The translations under genes were made by a program, and so were the position numbers. A stretch of DNA of 64,000 nucleotides. It comes from Eledone cirrhosa (lineage: Eukaryota). Location of the stretch: assembly GCA_964016885.1 (NCBI GenBank), contig OZ024741.1, positions 120,838,001 to 120,902,000 of the forward strand, written 5' to 3'. Each line of letters starts with the position of its first letter. Positions within the stretch are counted from its first letter, which is position 1. Under the pieces are notes generated by a model that was not told the origin of the DNA, made no database searches, and saw only the letters and a program-made list of their open reading frames with translations. Below are positions 11,406-23,588 of the stretch, in pieces.

Positions 11406-13034
11406 ATAATATCAAATCTATGAGATTTTGATAGTATTTATTTTGTGAACAATACCTTAACATCAGTATGAGCGACCAGTTACAGCCGGTTTGAACAGAG
11501 AGATATGAGAGAATTCTGGCCCGATATGGCCGGTTTAAATGCTTAAAGGGTAAATGTTTTAAAACACCTAGCCAACATCAGGGAGATATGGGGTTCGTTT
11601 CCTCATAGCAGCTAATGACAACTTCTTTTTTTGTCTTTAAAGGGTCTTCACCTTATTTTATAGCATCTTTGTGCATGAACACACTGCTATATATATATGT
11701 ATTTGGTGTTAAGCTATTTAGTAGCATCTCCACATATGAGCACACCTTTCTTTATATTAACTTTATCCCTTCAGCACTTCGTAAAAGTTTGAGAGATTGG
11801 CTATGTACAACAAATATATGTTTCTCATTGATAACTTTTCTCCATTTATTGACTGGAGAAGGAAGTACCAATATTTTTTCTGTATTTTTAATTATCTATA
11901 TTTCTACTTTAAGCTACGTCATCATCATCATCATCATCATTTTATGTCAATATATATAAATACCTCTTTTAAAGCATCTAACCGGCACCTGGAAGATATA
12001 GGGATCAATTCATCATAGTTGCCGATGGCAACTTCTTTTTCTATCTTTAAACGTGGTTGGTGTTAGGAAGGGGCATCCAGCCGTAGAAAACCTGCCAGAC
12101 AGCCCTATACGAGCGAGACATGGTCACCCGACCAATCTTGCATCAAGTAGGACAATTCCCGTCTAAACCCATGCTAGCGTGGAAGATAGACGTTAAACGT
12201 TAATGATGATGATGATGATGATAGGGCTTCACCCTATTTCATAAGGTATTTTATAGCATCTCTGTGCTTGAGAACTTCACTCTTTATAGAAAAAACTAAT
12301 AGTCTTGTTTCATATGGTAGTCCTCTTGTCTATAATGGCTGCGCCACAATAGAATTGAAGTGGTGTATATGTATTTCTAACTTGCTACTACATATTGAAG
12401 TGGTAGTTATCAAAGATGATACTTACGTACATATATACACACACACACACACACACAACATACTTGTACATACACATACAAACAGACATATATACATATA
12501 TATGCCCAAACATATACACACATACTTATACTCACACACATACACACATGTACACACACATATACATGTACGTGCATACATACACATATATACACACATA
12601 CATACATAAGACACACACATTCTATGCACACACTTTCACACACATACATTTATATGATTACTTTGAAGAAGTGAAGTTGTTGGGTATCTTGACATCTTTT
12701 AACAGATGTGAGGCATTAATAAGATATCTCCTCTCTTCATAAATATCCTTCATTGCATTTGTTGTCTGGGAAATGTTTAACCCTTTCATTACCATATTTA
12801 TAATGAAAGGCACTGCCTATGATTTTCAAATAATTTTGAAAATAGTTAAGATTTTAGAGGAACTTAGTACTAAAATTCATTTTATTAAGCTGGTCTTTGG
12901 AGCATTGCATAACCCTTTCGTTGCCATATTTCTAATGAAACACTGTCTATGATTTCCAAATAATTAAAAAAATAATAGAAAATTTGGAAGTGTTTAGTAA
13001 TATAATTAATTTTATTATTAAGCATTTGAAAGCG

Positions 13035-13470
13035 CAGTGGATTGGCAGTATTGGTAGCACATTGGAAAACATGCTTTGTGGTATATAGTTGTGGCCCTTT
13101 ACGTTTTGAGTTTAAATCCTGCCAAAGTTAGTTTTACCTTTAAACCTTATGGTGTCGATAAAATAAAGTACCAGTAACACACTGGGTTCAATTTAATTGA
13201 CTTTCCCTCATCCTTTGAATTGCTGGCCTTATACCAAAAGTAGAAACAATTATTTCAGACAAAATAATTTGCACTATTTGTTCTGGCTTGCTACATTCTG
13301 AGTTCAAATCCTGAGGACGTCAAGTGATGCGGTTGATTTAATTGAGCTTTGCCGTTCATCCTTATGGGGTTGATAAAATAAAGCAGTAGTAACACACTGG
13401 AGTCGATTTAATTGACACCCCCACTCCCTCGAAATTGTTGGTCTTGTGCCTAAATCAGAAACCATTATTA
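13035..13470 (+). mobile_element. Two diverged copies of the dominant SINE
   Basis: GATAAAATAAAG.A..AGTAACACACTGG block and GGCCTT/GGTCTT..AGAAAC.ATTATT tails. Confidence 0.65.
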
Positions 13471-14249
13471 AGCATTTCATTACCATATTTCTAATGAAAC
13501 ACATTTCCTAGGATTTTCAAATAATTTTAAAAATGTTAGATAATTTGGATGAATTTAGTGAAATAATTTTCTCATTATTAAGTTGGTGTTTGGAACATTA
13601 CTTAACAAAGGTTCTTACATGAAATTATGATGGAAGGTTTTTGTATGTGTTGGACCTCCGTTGATTTTGAAGATGAGAGTTCCAGTTGTTTGGACAATGG
13701 AATAGCTGGCTTTTGAAATTAACTTGCAAGTGTTTGAGGATTCCACAGACATGTGTAGCTTGAACCTAAATCTCAAGAAGATTCACTGTGATACAGTGTG
13801 TGATAAGGCTAACCCTTTGAATCACAAATACAACTCAGTTTTGCTAATTGAGTGAGCTGGTAAGACATGAAATAAAGTATCTTGCTCAAGAGCACAATCT
13901 ACAGCCAAGATTTGTGCCCATGACCTTTCAATTCGAACTGAACACTTTAATTGCTAAGCCATGTGCCTTTACTATATAATCACTTTCCTTACCATAATTC
14001 TAACGACACATTGCCAAATATTTTCAAGTAATTTTGAAAATAATTGAGAATTTGTTGGGATTTAGTCATATAACTTTCTCGTTATTAAGCTGGAGTTTGT
14101 AATATAACAAAGAAAATTATGAGGGAAGATTTTTTAGGTAAATTTCAACATGAGCTTAATAAGAAAATTATATTACTAAATCCTTACAAATTCTTGATTA
14201 TTTTTAAAATCAAAGGCAGTATCTTTCTATAGAAATATGGTAACAAAAG

Positions 14250-14610
14250 TGTTAAACCACACCCTATCAACAACTGCTGGCATTATCACTAAGATCTTCT
14301 GCATGGTCGCACGCCTTGCTAGAAATAACAGCCCAATTTCCCTTAAACCACACTTTATCAGCAGCAACACACTATGAGCTATGATTTATGTAGCAATGTT
14401 ATGTTGCTGCTGGTGCTGTTCCTAAGAGCCTCTACGTGATCACTCGCCTTGCTAGAAATAGCAGCCACATTTCCCTTAAACTACACTTTATCAGTAACCA
14501 TACACTGTGAGGTGTGACTTAAGCAGCAATGTTATGTTGTTGCTGGTACTGTCACTAAGATCCTCTTCATGGTCGCTGAACCTGTTGGAAATCTCCATTA
14601 AACCATGTCC
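14250..14610. repeat. ~130-bp tandem repeat, 2-3 copies
   Basis: CCTTAAAC.ACACTTTATCAG...AGCAATGTTATGTTG.TGCTGGT..CTAAGA..CTC...GCCTTGCTAGAAATA recurs. Confidence 0.7.
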
Positions 14611-15464
14611 TACCAACTTAAAAGAACAGGAAAGACATTAAGATGGAATGGTCATGGCAGGTATTCCTTTTTGAATCATAGGTCTGTCTACTAGATCAGT
14701 CCCAACCTTGGGCTAAACAAGAGCAACTAAAGGAAACACTAACAAGCACATGTTGCTTAATTTCATTCATTTTTTCCCCCTCTTTCTTTTTTCCCTTCTT
14801 GTTCTCATCTGTCTAGCTATTGACAGTCCCTCCTCTCTATACCACCACCACTTTTCTACATCATTTTATTCCTCCCATATCCGGGTGAGTGGGAGGTAGG
14901 AGGAAGGGTTTAAGGATGTGCTTCATCTTTCCCTCTTTTTTTCTCTTTGTTTATTTATGTTGTTTAGCAGAAACAAAAAAAGAAAAAAAGAAGACAAAAA
15001 ATGTATTATCTGGAAGTGAACATTTTCTTCCATATTCTTCCTGTGGTTGTTGTGTGTATTTCTAAAAAAATAGGGAATGTCAGCAAGAAAGATAGATAGA
15101 TAGAGGGAAGGAGAAGGCGAAGCAGGAAAGGGTTTTTTTTTATGAGGAGGGAGCTAGTATGGGATGATTGTAGTGGTGGAGGGGGGGGGGGGGGGGGGTT
15201 GGATAAGAATGTTCTATGTGTAATCAGCCTTTTCTTCCCCTCCTCTCCTACATCCCCATTTTCCTCCCATTTCTTGTCACCAACAAGAGACTTTATTGTG
15301 GTAAAAATCATTCAAGCAGTTTATATATATAAATATGCACATTATGTATATATGTACATAATGTATATGTATGTATGTATATATATGTATACATATATGT
15401 ATGTATCATCATCATCATACATTAGAATGCTGTTGAAGTGTGTATATATTTTTGGGGACACACA

Positions 15465-15536
<72 letters not shown>

Positions 15537-15823
15537 AAATAACGAAACAAAATTAAATTTCGTTTCGCTTCTAACTCACTTTTGTATGACTGACGCTTAA
15601 ACAATTAAGTTAAAAGTGTACATCTACATATGTATACTGAAATACTAGTATGCATATAAATACACACATGTATACATATGTACATGTACTGAGTTTTTCA
15701 CTGGACACTTTACTGTGAGTGTCCAGCTAGTCTGTATGTAACCAAACAGACAAACCGGGTTTTAGAGTCATACGGGTTTTCAAGGAAACACATTTCCTCT
15801 ATTCTCCAGAGAGCCAGACAGGA

Positions 15824-15866
15824 ATATTGGACTAGTTTCGATGTTATTACATCTCATCAGCAATAT
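15824..15866 (-). ncRNA. Minimal type I hammerhead ribozyme (mirror copy)
   Basis: Exact reverse complement of 15920-15962 in the left arm of the inverted repeat. Confidence 0.85.
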
Positions 15867-15919
15867 ATACCCATCTTCTGGCTTCTCTAGAGAATCGTAA
15901 AAGCACGGAAGATGGGTAT

Positions 15920-15962
15920 ATATTGCTGATGAGATGTAATAACATCGAAACTAGTCCAATAT
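15920..15962 (+). ncRNA. Minimal type I hammerhead ribozyme
   Basis: Stem I ATATTG/CAATAT, core CTGATGA, stem II GATGT-AATA-ACATC, GAAA, palindromic stem III ACTAGT, GUC cleavage triplet (cut after 15956). Confidence 0.85.
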
Positions 15963-16204
15963 TCCTGTCTGGCTCTCTGGAGAATAGAGGAAATGTGTTT
16001 CCTTGAAAACCCGTATGACTCTAAAACCCGGTTTGTCTGTTTGGTTACATACAGACTAGCTGGACACTCACAGTAAAGTGTCCAGTGAAAAACTCAGTAC
16101 ATGTACATATGTATACATGTGTGTATTTATATGCATACTAGTATTTCAGTATACATATGTAGATGTACACTTTTAACTTAATTATATATATATATAGATA
16201 GATA

Positions 16205-16872
16205 TTAAACAGTAAAGTTGACATGGCTCGCAGAATGTATTCCTGGATTCTCAGAACCTTCTAGTCGAGAGATATCCACACTGTTATCCTTCTCTTCTCC
16301 ACTTTTGTTCGACCCCACCTTGAATACTGTTGTCCACTGTGGTCTCCCCACACGAAACAAAGTATCGTGAAAGTCGAAGCCCCCCCAAAGATTGATCACA
16401 AAAAAGATAGATGGCATGACAGGCCTTGACTATTGGAGTCGATTAGAAAAGCTCAACCTTTATTCTCTCCAACGTCACCATGAGCGCTACATTATCTGCA
16501 TGATGTGGAAAATATTCCATCAGCTTTGCTCAAATGATGTTGGCATCACCTTTAATGTACACCCAAGGCTTGGGCCCCGTGCTATCCGCCCACGACAAAA
16601 TTCTCATTCACATCTCATAACAACAATACGGCACAATTATTTCACCTCAATTGGCCATGCTCTCTTTAACATTACATCAAAACAGAAACACCCCATCAAG
16701 TTCAAGAAGTCTTTGGACAAATTCCTTCAAGAAATCCCGGATAAGACTCTGTAAACAATAACTCTCTGCTTGAGTGGGCCATGGTGCCCAAAACCTGATT
16801 TGTAAGACTTTGCCAGGTGGTGCTATTAAGTTAGACATGGCCTGGGCCAATACTGGCCGAAACCTATCAAAG
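16205..16872 (+). pseudogene. CR1-group LINE 3' fragment (second family)
   Basis: FVRPHLEYCCPLWSP..., then LDYWSRLEKLNLYSLQRHHERY..., FKKSLDKFLQEIPD. Frameshifted. Confidence 0.7.
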
Positions 16873-16996
16873 TTATATATATGTGTGTGTGTGTGTGTGT
16901 GTATGTATATATATATAAAATGAAAAGACAGAGTTAAAAACTTGCGTTAATCCCCTGTAATTTAATGAGCTCAAGGAATAAGTACCGGCCTCTTCA

Positions 16997-17550
16997 GAAT
17001 ATAGTAGAGAAGAAAGCACAAAAGGGAATGTTTTCAATTACGAGGGGTAAAGAACCACTAGAGTGAAAATCATAAAGTCTACGAAAGGAGTGGAAAATAC
17101 ATATTAATTAAAAGAGTAAATCAAAATGTACAGACCAACCTTTATAACTATAAAACACCTGGACAAACTCTAAGAAGAGAATGTTTTGCAATAAAAAGTG
17201 TTGATAGCATCCATCTCAAGGCTTCTCAACAGGTGTAAAGACACCATGGTCGACACTTCTAAAGAAACTTTAGTCAAAGAAATATCGCACATAGTGAAAG
17301 AAGAGACGAAAACATGCACACTAGACAGTACATAGTGGCTGAGTTAACTTTGCCTTTCATCCTTATGGGGTCGATAAAATAAAGTACCAGTAATGCACTG
17401 ATATAATTGCTGGCCTTGTGCCAAAAGTATAAACAATTAATATGTATTTTCCACTCCTTTCGTAGACTTTATGATTTTCACTCGAGTGGTTTTCTACCCC
17501 TTGTAATTGGAAACATTCCCTTTTGTGTTTTCTTCTCTATATACTGTATT
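16997..17550. repeat. Imperfect ~113-bp inverted repeat (probable older Penelope-like relic)
   Basis: ~16997-17109 (...CATAAAGTCTACGAAAGGAGTGGAAAATACATATTAATT) versus ~17435-17550 (AATTAATATGTATTTTCCACTCCTTTCGTAGACTTTATG...). CTGAAGAGGCCGG half-core on the minus strand at ~16985-16997. Confidence 0.65.
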
Positions 17551-17573
17551 ATATATATATATATATATACACA

Positions 17574-17968
17574 CATCATCATCATCATTTCATTTTACGT
17601 CTGCTTTTCTCTGCTTGCAAGGGTGGGACGGGAACTGATTCTGGCTTGATTTCTACAGCTGGATGCCCTTCCTAACACCAACCTCATTTACAGTGAGTGC
17701 TGGGTGCTTTTTTTTCCGTGGCGCCTACACGTCCACTCTACAGTGTGGGCTGGGTGCTTTTTTGCTGTGGCACCTCCACGTCCACTTTGCAGTGGAATGA
17801 TAGGGACCCCAGTCCCTATCATCTCATTTCTACAGCTGAGTAAACTGGAGCAATGTGAAATAAAGGGTCTTGCTCAAGGAAACAACACATCACCCGATCT
17901 GAGAATCGAACTCACAACCTTTCGATTGCAAGCCAAATGCTCTAACCACTAAGCCATGTGCCTCCACC
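17574..17968 (-). mobile_element. CORE-type SINE with RTE-derived tail
   Basis: Reverse-complement homologue of 8946-9292 with an extra copy of the ~46-48-bp tail unit. Confidence 0.75.
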
Positions 17969-18045
17969 ATATATATATATATATATACACATACATACAC
18001 ATATATACATATATACATATCATCATCATCGTTTAACGTCCATAT

Positions 18046-18146
<101 letters not shown>

Positions 18147-20016
18147 AAGAGAGAGAGAGTAATAAATGTGTGTGTGTGTGTGTTTGGTACACGTCTATCC
18201 TTCTATTTATCTCTCCAACAGGGGGCTCAAACATGCGGCCCGCGAACTACTTTTCTATGGCCTGTGGTAGAACCAATATTTCAGATTCCATTATAACTGG
18301 TGAAAATAAGGCGGTGAGCTGGTGGAATGGTTAGCACATCTGGCAAAATGCTTAGTGGTACTTCTTCCGTTTTTACATTCCGAGTTCAAATTCCGCCGAT
18401 CTCAACCTTGCCTTTCATCCTTTTGGGGTCAATAAATTAAGTACCAGTGAACTGGGATCGATGTAATCGACGGGACCCTATACCCTAAATTTCATGTCTT
18501 GTGCTTATAGTAGAAATGATTATAACTGGTGAAAATGATCACCCACCACCACGTTTGGCCCAGTGCCTCTCCTCCAGGACATAATGGCCCTTTTATGTCC
18601 TTGAGTTTGAGATCCCTCTTCTACATACAGACACACACACATACACACACATACATATATATATACACCTTACTTTTCTTCTGTCTCTGGACTAGGCCCA
18701 TGCTGGAGCATTACATTGTAAGTTATGGGGATGTCAACAAACCAACAAGCATTGGTGGGAGGGCAAACAAACGCAAAGACACACACAGACATATATACGA
18801 CACGCTTCTTTTAGTTTCGTCTATCAAATCCACTCATAGGGCTTTGGTCGTCCCGGGCAGTGGGACTGAACCCGGAAACGTGGTTCGGAAGCAAGCTTCT
18901 TGCCACACTGCACATATATATACATATGTGTGTGTGTGTGTTATCAAGTTAACAATGAAAATAAAAAGAACAAAGTCAAGTTACTTTATAACTTTGTTTT
19001 TATTTTGTTGTTTTTATTTTCATTGTCAATTCAATACCTAATATCTGACTCTGTATCTAAAGAATTAATTCAGCGAAACACAGAATTTCTCTATGGATTT
19101 TACAAGATTACATTGAGTCCTATCTACGGTACGGACCCTACCACCAGAGGTAGACAGACTGAAAAAAGAAAATATTTATATATATATACGCGTGCCCATG
19201 CGATACATACATTATATTGATATACATATACTTACATATATGTATGTATACAAGGGAACGGACCTCAGTAATGAAAACCTCATATCAGTCTGTTCCATTG
19301 CCTTTAGCTTGTTTTGCATGGCAACTTAACCTGATAGCTTAAGATGTTGTCTGATGATGTGTTACTGGTTGCATGAGTGAAGCATCCCATTATCATGAAC
19401 GCCATTGAAATATATATCACAGATTTATGAGTAAAGGAATTTTGAACATCTACGATAGACCTTTGCAATTATCCTTATTATATATATATATAAGTTCAGT
19501 TTGCAACCACATAGTTTCACTTCCAGTCCTACTGTGTGGCACCTTGAGCCAGTGTCTTCTACTATAGTCTTGGGTTGACCAGCACCATCTTATGTCTGCT
19601 TTGCCATATCTGCATGGATTTTTTGCAAGTGTTTTTTTTCTTTTCGATGGCTTGATGTGAAGCCATACTTTATTGTTTCTAAGTGTGGTATATATTGCTA
19701 ACCTTATTCATGCTATTAAGCTGCTTGAGGTATTGTTGATGAAAGATGTAAACAAATGCATGGTTTTTTTAAATAGAGGCGGGATCAAAGATAAAACAAT
19801 GTCAGTGGGTAACAACAACATCATCATCATCATCATCATTTAGCATCCGCTTTCCTTGCTAACAAGGGTTGGATGACAAGTCAGTATTGAAGTGGGGCTA
19901 CTAACCTCACAGACATGTTGGGGGTCTGCATCTCGCTTATATGGGGATCCACATTTTACCGAGTGCATTTTATTGTGGCACCAACACAAGAGAGGTTGTT
20001 AACTCTCTCTCTCTGT

Positions 20017-20100
<84 letters not shown>

Positions 20101-20104
<4 letters not shown>

Positions 20105-21782
20105 CATCATCAGCATCATCACTGTTTAATGTCAATTTTCCATGCTAGCATGAGTTAGACAAGCTGTCCTGTTGTGAGACAAGCCAGGTTGGATGACTGT
20201 GACTTGCTCATACGGAACTGATTTTGGCTTGGTTTCTATGGCTGGATGCCCTTCCTAATGCTAACCACATTTACAGTGTGGACTGGGTGCTTTTTATCGA
20301 TCATGACACCTACATGACCACTTTACAGTGTGGGCTGGGCGCTCCTTGTTTTGGCATTAAAAACGACAAATTTGCTGTGTGGACTGGGACTTGGGTAGAG
20401 GAGGTGCATGGGGATCGGGTAGGTAGATCTAGGGGTATGGGTGAGGGGTGGGGTTTAGAACATGTGTGGGGTGTTACAGCATGAGTGATGGCGAGGAAGT
20501 TGTTGCATATTGTTGAATCCCTCAGCCCATGCATATGGGAAGTTGGGTCTTCTGTATTACTGCTTAACGCCAGAGATCATGGTCCTGTGTCATTGTCTGT
20601 GAGAGATGTAATTGTGCAAGGTCAGTTTTTATCCCATGTCTTCCTAGGTCTTCCTACTCTATAGCTTTTATCAGCTTTGAGCACTCTGCACATTTTTTTT
20701 ACACCTGTCATCCTTCATATGCATCACATGTCCATACCAATGTAATCTCCTTTCCTGCACACAGCATCTGATCCCTCTTATGTCCAATTTCTCTCTCAGT
20801 TCATTTATGTTTTGCCATTCATAAATATTATTATTACACATCCATTGAAGCATGGAGGCTTCATCTTATTCCAATCTTCACAGGTCCTCTGCACACAGCG
20901 CTCAGGTCTCACTGCCATGCAACATTGCTGTTTGTATACATGCATCACGTAATCTGCCCTTCACTTTGAGGGAAAAGCCCCTTGTAGTTAGCAGTGGTAG
21001 TAGCTTCCTAAACTTTCTCCAACCTGTTCTCACTCTGGCTACTGTGCTTTTGGAACACCTCCTCCACTGCTAATTTGGTTACCCAGGTAACAGAAACTAT
21101 TTACTACTTCTACAGAGCCCTCCGGGCATTTGAAGGAGCTTGTATCCTCTGATCGTTTGCTACTTATTGCACCTGTGCATTAGCCACATGTAAAACCTAC
21201 ATTCTTTGGTAGCCTGCCTGAGATCCCACTACATCTCTTGTGTACCCATAGTTTGCATTCGAGACATAGGATAGAATTTCTACCTACTCCTTTTTTGCAC
21301 ACTGAGCAAAGCAATTTCCCTGATGGAATCTGGACCCTGTTTTCCTTTCTACATACTAGAATTTTTATCTTTGACAAATTAACTTTAAGACCTTTTGGTT
21401 CTAAGCTATGTTTCTAGGTTTGGAATGTCTTCTCTAATTCTGCCATTGATTCATCTATAAGGGTTAGGTCATCTGCATACAGTAGTTCCCATGGGCAGCC
21501 AGTTTTAAACGCCTCCGTTATAGCCTGCATGATGATAAACAGGAGAGGGCTAAGAACTGAGCCCTGATGGACACCAACCTGCTTGCTAATTTCTTCAGTA
21601 TAGTCATTGTTAATTCTGACCCTGCTGATTATTCCTCTATACATGTCTTGTACTGTCCTCACAAGCCACTCATCTACTCCTAGTTTTCTAAGAGCCCACA
21701 AGATAATGAAATAAGAGACTCTGTCAAAAACTTTCTCCAGGTCAACAAAAGCCAAATAGAGGGGGTTTACTTTCAGCTAGGT
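20101..21782 (-). pseudogene. 5'-truncated, decayed RTE LINE (RT, Zn finger, C-terminus, 3' UTR)
   Basis: AFVDLEKVFDRV, GVHQGSVLSPLLF, LYADD and CSVC..CLECKLWVHKRC are present, with internal stops. Confidence 0.85.
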
Positions 21783-22334
21783 ATATAATATATACTCATT
21801 AAAAACAGCAGAAGGCCAGACTGGAAACATTCTTTAAAGTTTTAATTTTGCAAAAACATTATACGTATTTCAATGGTCCAGTTTCATCCGATTGTGATGA
21901 TATGTATTTCAATAGCCCAGTTTCATCATTCGATTGTGATGCAAGTCTTAGGCGATTTCATCAGCTGTTGATTGCAAAGTTAGTTATATAAGATAACAAG
22001 ATGGCGAACACAAACAGAGAATAAAGGATAGATTTGGTGGTTCAGGGATAGCTCGCCAATTCAGTGTTATTTAAATGGTAAACCATCCCCGAATCCACTC
22101 GTAAACAACAAATGGTATATATATAGAGCTTAATGGCAAATTCCTTGAGTCAGTGCTAAGATTTTAATATATAGACTCAGCTTTTAAAATATAGAAATTA
22201 ATAATGGAGCTTGAGCAAGATTTTCAACATTTCCTTTTCTCATCTATTTCTTGTTGAAACGTGTGCTGGCTAAATAAAATGTAGTAAATTTCTTCGTTTT
22301 CTATCTATTATATGTGTGTGTGTGTGTGTGAGTA

Positions 22335-22390
<56 letters not shown>

Positions 22391-22764
22391 TACATATGTA
22401 TGTATTTATTTATATATATATATATACATATGACAAAATGGTAATGTATGTATGTGTATATATAAATTTATATTGTTTAACTGATGAAATCTTGGTCGGC
22501 TGTCACTATTACCAAATGACTCCAGATCACTTACTTCCTGTTGAGGGAGGGGAGGGGTAGGACATTCTACACTCTTCCCTCCCTCCCACATATGGTGGTT
22601 CTTTTTCCTGTTTAGTTTAATCTGGATTCCTCTCATCATCGTCATCATCCTTTCTCTCCCCACCCCTTCCTGTTTCCCTTTCTTTAATTCTATCAGATTG
22701 TTGTTATTATTAATACTACTACTACCACCACCACCACCACCACCATCACCACCATAATAATAAT

Positions 22765-23585
22765 GGTTTCTGATTTAGGCACAAGGCCAACAATTTTGGT
22801 GGAGGGGAAAGTCTATTAAATCAACCTCAGTGTGTTACTGGTATTTTATTTTACTTTTTGAGATCGATAAAATAAAGTACCAGTAACACTCTGGGGTAGG
22901 TTTAATTGACTTTTCTTTCCTCCCCAAATTCCTGGCTTTGTGCCTAAATCAGAAACCATTATTAATAATATAACTAGAGCGGTGGATTGGCAGTATTGGT
23001 AGAGCATCGGATACAATGCTTTGCAGCTTAGAGTTACGACCCTTTACGGTCTGAGTTTAAATCCCGCCGATGTTAACTTTGCCTTTCATCCTTACGGGGT
23101 CGATAAAATAAAGTACCAGTAATGTACTGGAATAATTGCTGGCCTTGTGCCAAAAGTAGAAACAATTATTAATAATATAACTTTGCCTTTCATCCTTACG
23201 GGGTGAATAAAGTAAAGCACTAGTAATTCAGTGGGGTAATTGCTGGCGTTTTGCCTAAAGTAAAAACAATTATTATTAATATAATTGTTTCTACTTTTGG
23301 CACAAGGCCAGCAATTACCCAGTACACTACTGGTACTTTATTTTATCGACCCCGTAAGGATGAAAGGCGAAGTTAACCCCGGCAGGATTTAAACTCAGAA
23401 AAGGGCCATAACTCTATGCTGCAAAGCATATCGCCCGACCCTTTACTGATACTGCCAGTCCAGTTAATATAATGGCAGTGAATTGGGAGAGTTGTTAGTG
23501 TTGGACACCCTGTTTGGCGCCATAGAGTTCGTCTCTTTATATTCTGAGTTCAAATTTTGCTGAGGTTAACTTTGCCTTTCTTCCT
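22765..23585. mobile_element. Cluster of about 6 nested or adjacent copies of the dominant SINE in both orientations
   Basis: Diagnostic blocks at ~22765(-), 22861(+), 22978(+), 23180(+), 23283(-) and 23474(+). Confidence 0.75.
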
Positions 23586-23588
23586 TAA

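Larger units (their letters stand above)
15533..16183. mobile_element. Penelope-like element relic: inverted pseudo-LTR pair inserted in (TA)n
   Basis: Arms 15603-15878 and 15908-16183 (276 bp) are reverse complements with no mismatch seen and a 29-bp spacer. Each arm has a hammerhead motif and (TA)n lies on both sides. Confidence 0.7.
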
